NCBI GenBank assembly: GCA_963788195.1
Contig: CAWBGA010000013.1
Coordinates: 160,001-224,000, forward strand
DNA length: 64,000 nucleotides
From: Nitrospirota bacterium
GTDB taxonomy: Bacteria > Nitrospirota > Nitrospiria > Nitrospirales > NS-4
Direction of reading: 5' to 3'
In this document: positions 10,293 to 20,125 of the stretch, in pieces
Layout: each line of letters starts with the position of its first letter
Position numbering within the stretch: the stretch's first letter is position 1
The notes under the pieces: model-generated
Told to the model about the DNA's origin: nothing
The model's input: only the letters and a program-made list of their open reading frames with translations
The model's database searches: none
Translations under genes and position numbers: made by a program

Positions 10293-11411
10293 ATGCATGT
10301 TCCCTTGCTTGATCTAAAAGCACAGTATCAACCGATCCGCAAAGAGATCATGGCGGCGCTTGAGGCGGTCTGCGATGAGCAGGCGTTTATCCTGGGGTCT
10401 CGCGTGGCCGAACTGGAGAAAGCGATCCAGGACTACGTCGGCTCCGCGCACGCGGTGGGCGTCGCTTCTGGCACCGACGCGATTTTGCTTGCCCTCATGG
10501 CTTGCGGAGTAGGACCCGGCGACGAAGTCATCACGGCGCCGTATACCTTCTTTGCGACCGCCGGCTCGATTTCGAGGCTCGGCGCCAGGCCTGTGTTCGT
10601 GGACATCCAGCCGTGGAGCTACAATATCGATCCGCGGTTGATTAACGAGGCGATCACCCCCAAAACCAAGGCCATACTGCCTGTGCATCTGTTCGGGCAG
10701 TGCGCCGACATGGAGAAGATTCTGGAAGTGGCCACTGCCCATCGGCTGCCGGTGCTCGAAGATGCCGCGCAGGCCATTGGGGCAGAACGTCGCGGAGGCA
10801 AGGCGGGCGCCATAGGGCAAGCAGGATGTTTCAGTTTCTTTCCCTCCAAGAACCTCGGCGGCTTCGGCGATGGCGGGATGGTCACGACGAACGATCCATC
10901 GATTGCGGAACGCGTACGGCTTCTGCGGGTGCACGGGAGCCGTGAAAAATATCTACATGAGATGGTGGGCCTGAACAGCCGTTTGGATGCCCTGCAGGCC
11001 TCGGTTCTGAAGGTCAAATTGAGGTACCTGGATGGATGGACCCAAGGCCGGCAACGAAACGCTGCCCGCTACGAGAGCCTTTTTGCGGACGCGAAGCTGC
11101 TGGATCGCATCGCGCTGCCCGCTGTGTCTGAACAGAACCGCCATGTGTACAACCAGTACGTGATCCGGGCGCCACAGCGCGACCAACTCCGCACATTTCT
11201 AAAAGAGCAAGGCATCGGCACCGAGATCTACTATCCCACGCCGCTGCATTTACAGCCGTGCTACCAGGATTTGGGGTACAAGCTCGGGGCCTTCCCGCAC
11301 TCCGAAAAGGCCGCGCAAGAGACCTTGGCGCTTCCCATTTACGCGGAACTTACCGAAGAGCAGCAATCCTACGTGGTCGCAAGCATAAATAAGTTCTATT
11401 CGTCCCGCTGA
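10293..11411 (+). CDS. DegT/DnrJ/EryC1/StrS sugar aminotransferase
   Basis: SGTDA, PVHLFGQ, EDAAQAIG, SFFPSKNLGGFGDGG, NSRLD. Confidence 0.93.
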   Translation: MHVPLLDLKAQYQPIRKEIMAALEAVCDEQAFILGSRVAELEKAIQDYVGSAHAVGVASGTDAILLALMACGVGPGDEVITAPYTFFATAGSISRLGARPVFVDIQPWSYNIDPRLINEAITPKTKAILPVHLFGQCADMEKILEVATAHRLPVLEDAAQAIGAERRGGKAGAIGQAGCFSFFPSKNLGGFGDGGMVTTNDPSIAERVRLLRVHGSREKYLHEMVGLNSRLDALQASVLKVKLRYLDGWTQGRQRNAARYESLFADAKLLDRIALPAVSEQNRHVYNQYVIRAPQRDQLRTFLKEQGIGTEIYYPTPLHLQPCYQDLGYKLGAFPHSEKAAQETLALPIYAELTEEQQSYVVASINKFYSSR

Positions 11412-11418
11412 GTCTGAC

Positions 11419-11442
11419 AAAAGGGGACAGGCTACTTTGTTT
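11419..11442. repeat. REP-like family B arm (GGGGACAGGCTACTTTGTTT)
   Basis: 20-mer at 11423-11442 identical to 28405-28424. Confidence 0.85.
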
Positions 11443-11631
11443 CGGGTTCGCGGGGGCGGCCGCGGGGTCGCAGTGTCGATTGGAGGCCACATGCCTGTGC
11501 CACAAGCAATTGCCACGCAGGTGCGCCGAATGGCGCTTGTCGGTTTACGCATGTACGAATGGCGGTGAGTTCATGCGCATAGAGCGGTTCACTCGACCCG
11601 CTCGTTCCAGGTAGAGGGTACCTTGGGAAAA

Positions 11632-12400
11632 AAAATGGGGTCAGACTCGACTAATGGCGTGTTTCGGGGGGCGTCCTTTCGGCAGCGGACAGACGCGGCG
11701 TTGGGCGAGCGCCGCCACGGCCGCTTGAAATCGATCGCTGCCCAAGACCCAGGCCTTGTTCGTGGCATCGCGGATCGCAGCATAGGCGGAGTCGTCCACA
11801 TGACCTGCGAACAGAGCCCGGTAAGCGATCTGCCGCTCCTCGGCGGTCGTCGCGACGGCCAGGTACAAGGCGTGATCGGTGATGAGAGGATCGTTCGTCC
11901 CATGCGCATGATGGCGATAACTCGACCAGGGGTACTCGCCCGGCGTATCCACCATGTGGGCGCGCACCGGATTGAGTTCAATGTACCGGGCACACTGCAG
12001 AAAATACTGTTCGCTATCAATCACTGTCGCCCGGTAGCGGCCTTCCCACAAGGTACCGGTGCGCTGGTACGCGGTATTGAAGTGTTGCACGTAGCGCCGC
12101 CCTACTGATTGCACGATCTTGGGGAGGCTGTCGGCATGCTGAGGCGTCACGAGCAGGTGCACATGGTTGGTCATCAACACATAGGCGTGGATAGCGGCCC
12201 CATGGCGGTGCGTTGCGGTCAGGAGACAATGCAGGTAAAAGGAATAATCCCTCTCAGCGACAAAGATCGGAGACCGGTTATTCCCACGGTGAATCACATG
12301 CTGGGGTTGGTCAGGCAGAAAGTAGCGGGGGAGTCGCGCCATCCTGAAAGATTGGACATCCCTTGTCGCACAAACGATAAGTCGAGTCTGACCCCATTTT
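11632..12400 (-). mobile_element. RAYT module 1 with perfect 21-bp inverted repeats
   Basis: AAAATGGGGTCAGACTCGACT (11632-11652) / AGTCGAGTCTGACCCCATTTT (12380-12400). Confidence 0.85.
11641..12342 (-). CDS. REP-associated tyrosine transposase (RAYT, Y1 HUH family)
   Basis: MARLPR, HVIHRGNNR, MTNHVHLL (HUH), LWEGRY, YIELNPVRA, YPWSSY. Confidence 0.92.
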   Translation of the reverse strand: MARLPRYFLPDQPQHVIHRGNNRSPIFVAERDYSFYLHCLLTATHRHGAAIHAYVLMTNHVHLLVTPQHADSLPKIVQSVGRRYVQHFNTAYQRTGTLWEGRYRATVIDSEQYFLQCARYIELNPVRAHMVDTPGEYPWSSYRHHAHGTNDPLITDHALYLAVATTAEERQIAYRALFAGHVDDSAYAAIRDATNKAWVLGSDRFQAAVAALAQRRVCPLPKGRPPKHAISRV

Positions 12401-12497
12401 TAGATTCTATTTTAATTGGTAAGATTCCTAGTCCCTATACTCTTGAGGATCGTTCCTCTAACCGTTATGGTTTGGTTAGGCTTATGCGCGACCTGCG

Positions 12498-12910
12498 ATG
12501 AACTTCATTAATCTTCGGGCTTATGGGCCGGACTTTTCTGTGGAAGAGTTTCTCGCCGAGCACCGACTCGACGTGACGTTCCATTTGGCGCAAGGGTGAC
12601 GATCGACACTCGGGACGTAAGCACGAAGACTCTGGCTTTGACATTGGATTTCCGGATGCCGCCTCTTGGGTTGTTGGCCTCCCAGTCATTCGCACCTTCC
12701 TTGATTCCAACGCAGCAGCTTTAGAGAAACTTCGCTTATTGGGCGTCTGCGTCGACCTAGATATTGGCGTTACTGTTGGAGAAGAGCAATCTTTCGCTCC
12801 GACGTTGGAGTTTCCACAAGGCTTCCTCACGCTACTTGTGACACTGGGAGTCAATCTTAATGTTGCGGCTTATCCAACGAGTGACGAAGTGAAAGACGCA
12901 GACAAATAAG
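12498..12910 (+). CDS. Hypothetical ~137-aa protein, one frameshift near 12580; absent from the supplied ORF track
   Basis: Manual translation MNFINLRAYGPDFSVEEFLAEH..[fs]..IWRKGDDRHSGRKHEDSGFDIGF..LGVNLNVAAYPTSDEVKDADK*. Confidence 0.55.
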
Positions 12911-13673
12911 TAGGGTCAGAGTCCAGTTTCTCGGGCCTGTTTGGGCCTGCCAGGCGGCATCGGGCGTACACGACGTTGTAGGAGAGCAACGATTTGGTCT
13001 TGAAAGTGAGGATGACCCAACACCCAGGCTTTGTTAGTCGCATGACGAATGGCGTCAATCTGCAGATCGTCCTTGGCAGTCTTAAACAATCCACGATAGG
13101 CCCGCTGTCGTTCTTCAATCGTAGACCCGAGGGCTAAATAACAGGGATGTTCGACGATCAACCGATCGGCAATGCCCTGCGCATGTAAATGATAGCTTGA
13201 CCACGGATAATCGCGTGGGTGGGCAGCCATGCCGGCTCGTACTGGATTGAGTTCGATGTAGCGACAACAGCACAAGAAGTACAACTCGCTGTCAATGACG
13301 GTGGCTCTATAGCGTCCTTCCCAGAGAGTGCCCGTCCGCTGGTACGTATCATTGAAATACCGCACATAGCGTCGGCCCACCGATTGTAAGACTCGGGCGA
13401 GACTATCAGGACGTCGTGGCGTCATCAGCAGATGCACATGGTTGGTCATAAATACATAGGCATGAACGTCGGCCGGGTAACGGGACGTGGCGTCCGCGAG
13501 GCAATCTCTGTAACATAAATAGTCTTCGGCGGTCACGAATATGGGGCCGCGGTTATTCCCGCGCTGAATGACGTGCTGCGGATAGTCGGGCAGGCAGTAG
13601 CGAGGGCAGTCTGGCCATGGCGAATAATGAGACACCGGGACTTGACTAGACGCATAAATGGACTCTGACCCTA
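12911..13673 (-). mobile_element. RAYT module 2 with perfect 15-bp inverted repeats
   Basis: TAGGGTCAGAGTCCA (12911-12925) / TGGACTCTGACCCTA (13659-13673). Confidence 0.85.
12916..13618 (-). CDS. Second RAYT paralogue
   Basis: Same HUH/Y1 motifs; removing one C from a CCC run gives ATG 13618 MARLPRY, the same start as RAYT1. Confidence 0.9.
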
Positions 13674-15540
13674 TTTATTGTGATCGCCGCAACTCATTTC
13701 TCCGATTACTGAAAAGGCTAGAGCGTCGTATCGATGGCGGCGCCCGAATCAGTCGACGACTGAGCTATGTCCGCTTGGGGCTGTTTACGGCTGTGGTGGG
13801 ATGTGTGGCTGTGTACCAATCACCCTGGGGATCTTTGGGCGCCTGGTTACTCCCTCCTGTTCTTCTCGCTTTTCTCGCGGTTGTCTGGATTCACTCGCGC
13901 CTTGAACATCGCATCCAGCGTCTCCGTGTGTGGCGAACAATTAAAACCACGAATCTGGCTCGCCATCAACTGGATTGGGACGCGCTTCCTCCGTTCTCTG
14001 GTGAGCCGGCGTTCGGAGGAGACCGGCACTTTTATGCAGGGGACATTGACATTACCGGCCGATATGGCCTGCTTCGGCTTATAGATACTACGGCGTCGAA
14101 CATGGGTCAAAGGCGACTCGGGGCCTGGCTTCTTGATCAGAACGACGAGTCTTTAGGCCTTGCACCATGGTTGACACGCCAAGGACTGATTCGAGAACTC
14201 GCTGCGCTCTCGCTGTTTCGCGACCGTATCACCCTTGAAGCCGCCCTCGTGGGTAAAGCCGAAATCAGCGGAGAACGCATTGGGCAGCTCCTTGAGCAGC
14301 CGGTTGGATTCAAAGGACTCTTGCCGGCACTGTGGGTCTTGGGAATCCTATCGGTTATGACCGCAGTGTTGCTTACTCTGACATTCGTCATGCCGTTTCC
14401 AGATATTGGCTATGGTCGTTTCTCCTCTATGTCATTGTCTATCTTTCTGTCCTGAACAATATAAGCGAGGTCTTCAGCCGGGCGCTCTCCTTGCACGGTG
14501 GGTTTAAGACCCTCACGGCTGTGTTCCGTTATGTGGAAAAACGCAGATATCCGACGACCCCAATTCTTGCTGAGCTCTGCGCCCCATTCAACCAACAAGC
14601 GCTTCGACCGTCAGAAGCCACAAAACAAGTTGAGCGGATTTGTGCCGCGCTCAGCATACGGGGATTCGGTTTAGCTCACATTATCGTAAACGCCCTGTGT
14701 CCCTGGGACTTGTGGTTTACCCACCGGCTCGAACACTGGCGCGGCATGGTCAAACCGTATCTGCCTAACTGGCTGGATCGCTTTGCGACACTGGATGCGG
14801 CCTCGGCCCTGGCTACTTTTGCCTCTCTTCATCCCTTGTTTCAGTGGCCTGTCTTACAGGAGCACATGGATGCAGATGGAGGCAATGGACTCATCGCGCA
14901 GGATCTGGGTCATCCTCTAATCAAGCAAGCCTTTCGCGTTTCAAATGACGTGGCCATTCGCGGCCTCGGTCACCTCGTGATCGTGACGGGATCAAATATG
15001 TCAGGAAAGAGTTCATTTCTAAGAACCATTGGCATGAACATCTGCCTTGCGCAGGCGGGGGGACCTGTCTGCGCGACCTCTTTCAGATGGAGCTGGGTTC
15101 GATTGATGTGCTGTATTCGAGTCAATGACTCGCTGGAAGAGGGGATCTCATATTTTTATGCCGAGGTTAAGCGGCTTAAGCGCATCATCGACGCTGTGCA
15201 AGACCGGACCGCTCCTCCGGTATTGTTCTTGATTGATGAGATCTTTAAGGGCACCAATAACCGGGAACGCCTGATCGGCGCGCAGGCCTTTGCGAAACAC
15301 TTGGTGAGGGGCAATGCATTCGGCTTTATTAGTACGCATGATCTGGAGATGACCAGGCTCGAAAAGGAAGTGCCAGGTATTGTCAATGTGCACTTCCGTG
15401 AATCCGTCGAATCTGGACGGTTACAATTTGATTACCGCTTACGACCCGGTCCGTGTCCGACTACGAACGCGCTGAAAATTATGGCTTTGGAAGGGCTTCC
15501 CATTCCTGATGAAAGCTTCGATACTTTTTCTGAGAGTTAA
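13658..15540 (+). CDS. Membrane-anchored MutS-family (domain V only) ATPase, frameshift near 14395
   Basis: N-terminal TM segments; LGHPLI, TGSNMSGKS, SYFYAEVKRL, LIDEIFKGTN, STHDL, FDYRLRPG. Confidence 0.85.
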
Positions 15541-15720
15541 GGCTCAGCGCCTTTCCTCCCCCTCCTCCGAATGCTAGCACGCGAGTTCGCTCGAGTTAGC
15601 GTGTGATGAAGACCGCGCCGCGCTGGTCCCGCATGAAAAGGCGGATGATTACTCCGGTGATCCAGCCGGCAACGCCGAGCGCGGATTGCATGCGGTGTAA
15701 TTAAAAAATAACAACTGCCC

Positions 15721-15750
15721 AAAAGGGACAGGCTCAGCCTGTCCCCTTTT
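15721..15750. repeat. REP-like family B palindrome, possibly a terminator between convergent genes
   Basis: AAAAGGGACAGGCT-C-AGCCTGTCCCCTTTT. Confidence 0.8.
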
Positions 15751-15751
15751 C

Positions 15752-16928
15752 CTAGACGGCGTTGCCGGCGGCGGCGCCCGACGCCCAGGCCCACTGGAAA
15801 TTGTAGCCACCCAGCCGTCCGGTCACGTCGACGACTTCCCCAATGAAGAACAATCCGGGCACCTTCTTCGCCTCCATGGTCTGAGAAGACAGCTCGTCGG
15901 TATCGACGCCACCACGCGTGACCTCCGCCTTGCGAAAGCCCTCGGTGCCCCCGGGCGTGATCGTCCAGCGGTGCACGGCGCGTGTGAGGTCTTGTAGCTG
16001 GCGCTCCGGCAACCGTGCCACCGGACCCGCGATCCCCGCCCGCTCGCAGAGCCGCTCTGCCCAGCGCCGCGGCAGACGCTCACCAAGCAAGGTCTTTGTC
16101 TCCGCGCGCACGCCTGCCTTGCGCGCGGCCGCGAGCGAGGCGCCAAGGTCATGGTCCGGCAGAAGGTCGATGGTGAATGCTTCCCCCGGATGCCAGTCGA
16201 GCGAGGATTGCAGGATTGCCGGGCCGCTTAGTCCGGTGTGTGTGACGAGGACATTCTCGCGGAACGAGACGCCGTTGCAGCTGACGAGCGCGTCGGTGGC
16301 AGACCCCGGCCAGCCCCTCAATGGCCTCACGATCGGCGCCGTCGAGTGTGATCGCGACCAGCGCCGGAGTAGGCTCCACAATGCCGAGCCCGAATTGGCG
16401 CGCGAGGCGGTAGCCCAGATCGCTGGCCCCGGTCTTGGGGTATGACAGGCCACCGGTGGCGACCACGAGCGAGCGGCACGCGAAGGCATCGAGACTTGTT
16501 TCAACCACGAACCCATCAGTCCTGCGCACGGCGTTGACGCGGGTGCCGACGTGAAACTCCGCGCCTGCCTTTCCGCATTCCGCCAGCAGCATGTCGACGA
16601 TCTGCTGCGCCGAGCCGTCGCAGAAGAGCTGTCCGAGCTTCTTTTCGTGATAGGCGATGCCGTGCGCGCGGACCATCCCGATGAAGTCGGACGGCGTGAA
16701 GCGCGCGAGGGCCGACTTGCAGAAATGAGGATTGGACGACACGTAGGCGCCGGCATCGACGTGTAGATTGGTGAAGTTGCAGCGCCCCCCGCCGGAGATT
16801 AGGATTTTCTTGCCGATCCGCGGCGCGTGCTCGAGCAGAGCCACCCGCCGGCCCCGGCGGCCGGCATGGATCGCGCACATCATGCCGGCGCCACCCGCGC
16901 CGATGATAATGACGTCGTACTGCCGCAC
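15752..16928 (-). CDS. HI0933/YhiN family flavoprotein, frameshift near 16300
   Basis: IIGAGGAG, KILISGGGRCNFTN, ATGGLSYP, VTRGGV, GRLGGYNFQWAWASG. Confidence 0.9.
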
Positions 16929-16943
16929 GGCGAAGAGAGCGCC

Positions 16944-18338
16944 TCACTCTTTTGTGACCGGCAGCCCGGCCTTTTTCCAGGCCGCCATACCGCCAAGGAC
17001 GTTCGTCACATCGGGATGACCTTCATGCAGAAGAAGACTTGCAGAAACCGACGAGCGATAGCCGCTGCCGCAAATCACCGCCACGGGGCGATCCTTCGGC
17101 ACCTCGTGTACCCGCTTTGGCAGTTCCGCGCCGGGCAGATACATGGCCCCCTCGATATGTCCTGCGCGCCACTCATTCGGCTGTCGAACATCCAGGATGA
17201 GAACGTTACGCTCCTTCGTTTTCTTCTCCAGGTCCCACACGGTCCATTCGGGCATGGTGCGAATCGGGAGCGCGGCCGTCCGCCAGGCCAGCATTCCGCC
17301 CGCCAGCCACCCATGCGGCATTTCGAAGCCGATGCGGAGAAGATGCCAGCACACCTTGGAGAGATCCTCGTGGTCCTCCAATACCACTACATAAGGTGTA
17401 CCCGCCGGGAGCACGGTTCCCGCCCATACCGGAAAGGAGGGGCCAAGTCCGGCGTTCAACGCGCCGGGGATGTGTCCCCCTCCAAACGCTTCCGGCGACC
17501 GGCAATCAAGAACGATTGCACCCTGTTGTATTTTTTCCTGCACGGTCTCCGGCTGAAGCGCCGGCGGTTCGGGGAGGACACCGAGTAAGGGTGGGCCCTC
17601 TGTGTTCAGCGTGCGCATTCGCTTCCAGTATGGGGGGACCGCGGGAAGGGAATCCAGGTCTACGCATTTTTTGACGAACTCGGACTTCGACGTCATGCCC
17701 GCCAGCATCTTGTTCATGCGTCGCTCGTATCCAATCGTCGTCGAAAGTCTGCTACTGATGTGCCCTCCGCACAACGATCCCGCCACATGAGTAGGGTAGA
17801 CCTCTACAAAATCATCGAGCGTCAGCACTTTTTCCTTGAGGGTGTGACACAATTGAGACGCATGTTGCTCGGTCTGCTCGCGCCCTCCCAGCAGATCCGG
17901 ACGACCGACATCGCCGACAAGCAAGGCGCCTCCCGAAAGGAACAGCGCCGGCGCTTCCCCACGCGAACCATCCCTGACGAGAATACTGATGTGCTCAGGG
18001 GTATGCCCGGGAGTGTGCAGCACCTCGAACGTGACCTCGCCCATTTCCAGGCGTTCACCATCCGCCAGGCGCCGCGCCTGATACTTCACATGGGAGTGGG
18101 CCCCTGAAAGCAGCGCGACCTCCGCGCGGGCCGCAAGCTCGAGGCATCCTGATAGGTAATCGTTGTGCTGATGGGAGTCAGCGGCGTAGCAAATCCGAAG
18201 TCCATGAGCCCGGGCTTCCTCAAAATACAACTCCACATCCCTGCGTGGATCGAGAACAAAGGCCTCCCCCGTCTCCTCCGAGCCAATGAGATAGGAGGCG
18301 TGCCCCAGACTCTCGAGATAAAACTGCTTAAAGATCAT
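16944..18338 (-). CDS. MBL-fold hydrolase/persulfide dioxygenase fused to two rhodanese domains
   Basis: SHQHNDYLSG, HTPGHTPEH, VGRPDL, GHIPGA, CGSGYRS. Confidence 0.9.
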   Translation of the reverse strand: MIFKQFYLESLGHASYLIGSEETGEAFVLDPRRDVELYFEEARAHGLRICYAADSHQHNDYLSGCLELAARAEVALLSGAHSHVKYQARRLADGERLEMGEVTFEVLHTPGHTPEHISILVRDGSRGEAPALFLSGGALLVGDVGRPDLLGGREQTEQHASQLCHTLKEKVLTLDDFVEVYPTHVAGSLCGGHISSRLSTTIGYERRMNKMLAGMTSKSEFVKKCVDLDSLPAVPPYWKRMRTLNTEGPPLLGVLPEPPALQPETVQEKIQQGAIVLDCRSPEAFGGGHIPGALNAGLGPSFPVWAGTVLPAGTPYVVVLEDHEDLSKVCWHLLRIGFEMPHGWLAGGMLAWRTAALPIRTMPEWTVWDLEKKTKERNVLILDVRQPNEWRAGHIEGAMYLPGAELPKRVHEVPKDRPVAVICGSGYRSSVSASLLLHEGHPDVTNVLGGMAAWKKAGLPVTKE

Positions 18339-19038
18339 GTTGCCTCTCCTTCAAGCGCTCTCCGATCAGTCGCAGCGCTCCTGCTGTGCGTTTGGACAGG
18401 CTCTTGTCCTTTCCGGCCACCTTGATGAAGGCGTTCAGGTCTTCGATCTCATCAAGGTCGCGGAGCGATGGCAGCAGGGCCACGGACAATCCCAGCGTCG
18501 CCGCTTTCTTTTGGGTCTCCTCCAGCACGGTGGCCGTGCTCCATGCGATGCCACAGAAAAGCTCCGGCGCAGGCCGGGAAAGAGCGATGAGATAATAGCC
18601 GCCATCCAACGTCGGCCCCATCACGAGATCATGACTGCCGAGTTCAGTCGCCGTCTGGGAAAAATGTCCGCGATGGAGATTGGGAAGGTCGGTCCCGGTC
18701 AGAATCACTTTTTGATGTCCGAGCGCGAAGGCCTTCTGCATTACGCCAGACATGCGCGCTCCCAAGTCATCGCCCTCTTGGGGCAGAAGCCGGGCGCTGT
18801 AGCGCCCTTCCAGGACCTTGAAAAACGGATGGGCCATGTCAGGCGCACACGCCACGTAAAGCGTCACCCCTGTGAGGCCTTGCGCTTGCTCAATCGCATC
18901 CAGCACCAGGCTTCCGTGGAGAGATGCCGCTTCATCGGGGGTCAGCGGAGGGCAGAGCCTCGTTTTCACGGTTCCCGGAACCGGCGCCTTCGTAAAGATG
19001 ATAAGGGCTGTGTTTGCTACCGCGCTTCGGGATACCAC
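18328..19038 (-). CDS. TIGR04282/DUF2064 family transferase
   Basis: FTKAPVPGTVKTRL, QEGDDLGARM, GTDLP, GPTLDGGYYLI, DLD. Confidence 0.88.
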   Translation of the reverse strand: MVSRSAVANTALIIFTKAPVPGTVKTRLCPPLTPDEAASLHGSLVLDAIEQAQGLTGVTLYVACAPDMAHPFFKVLEGRYSARLLPQEGDDLGARMSGVMQKAFALGHQKVILTGTDLPNLHRGHFSQTATELGSHDLVMGPTLDGGYYLIALSRPAPELFCGIAWSTATVLEETQKKAATLGLSVALLPSLRDLDEIEDLNAFIKVAGKDKSLSKRTAGALRLIGERLKERQHDL

Positions 19039-19700
19039 TGTTTTAGTCGCCCGGGCGGGACGCCGGCAAAATATAACAGGCGGAGCACCCACATGAGTAC
19101 GATCGTCCGGATGGTTCCGTGACGCGTCCAGCGGCGAGCGGACGTGACCACACAACTGTCGATGGCCGCGATTCGTCCCTTGTGTTTCAGCGCCCTGCTG
19201 AAAGCGATGTCTTCCATGATCGGAATATCAGGAAACCCGCCCACGGCCTCAAACACGGCTCTTCGAACAAACAGAGCCTGATCGCCCGTGGCGATGCTGG
19301 TGACCCGGGAGCGAAAGTTCATGAGCCGGGATACGATCCACAGCCAGGCCGTGTCCCTGTCAAGCCTGACGTCGAATCGCCCGCCGATAATGTGGGGATC
19401 TTGTAAGGCCGCCACGATATCGTCGCCGGCTGTCTGGGGCAGCAGGGTGTCGGCGTGCAGGAACAGTAAGATGTCCCCGGAGGAAGCTGCTGCGCCGGTG
19501 TTCATCTGCCGGGCGCGGCCTTTGGGCGCCGAGAGGAGGCGAGCCTTTGGAGAGACCCTCGCGGCACGTGACAGGGTCTCATCCTGGCTGCCCCCGTCCA
19601 CGATCAGGATCTCAGTAAAGGCGGGATGCTGCAGACCGCGCAATGTATGTTCGATAGTCGATGCTTCGTTCAGAGTCGGAATGATGACCGAGATGGTCAT
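19017..19700 (-). CDS. TIGR04283 family GT2 glycosyltransferase
   Basis: SVIIPTLNEA, GRARQMN, LFLHADT, GDQALF, MED, TSARRW. Confidence 0.9.
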   Translation of the reverse strand: MTISVIIPTLNEASTIEHTLRGLQHPAFTEILIVDGGSQDETLSRAARVSPKARLLSAPKGRARQMNTGAAASSGDILLFLHADTLLPQTAGDDIVAALQDPHIIGGRFDVRLDRDTAWLWIVSRLMNFRSRVTSIATGDQALFVRRAVFEAVGGFPDIPIMEDIAFSRALKHKGRIAAIDSCVVTSARRWTRHGTIRTIVLMWVLRLLYFAGVPPGRLKQWYPEAR

Positions 19701-20125
19701 GGAGGCGGATCGGGAGTCTTCATGCGCCGGGCGGGTTTAGTTCCGACAAACATAAAGTAACCCACGATAAGAATCGTGCCGTAGACGACCACGGCTTTTT
19801 CCCAACGGGTGGCTGCTCCGATAGAACTGATGTGGTAATGAAATGCCAGTCCCACGATCGTGGCCGCGCCCATGATGGCATACTTGTACCAGGCCGTTAC
19901 TGTGCCATTGACGAAGATCACGATGCCCGCAAAAAAGAGCAGGAACGGCACCGAGTTCGCATCGGAGCCGCTGCTCACCGCCAGCAACAGCTGCAGCCAT
20001 GCGAGCACCATCATCACGAACCCGACGAACTTTTGAACCGCGGTGCTGTGGCGTTCGCTATCAGCCTCTTCTTCCCGCTCGTCGCGGGGGCGTTCGGGTT
20101 TCGGGGTTTGGTCCATGCTATCCAT
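19697..20125 (-). CDS. Hypothetical 4-TM membrane protein
   Basis: Four hydrophobic segments; overlaps both neighbours. Confidence 0.65.
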   Translation of the reverse strand: MDSMDQTPKPERPRDEREEEADSERHSTAVQKFVGFVMMVLAWLQLLLAVSSGSDANSVPFLLFFAGIVIFVNGTVTAWYKYAIMGAATIVGLAFHYHISSIGAATRWEKAVVVYGTILIVGYFMFVGTKPARRMKTPDPPP

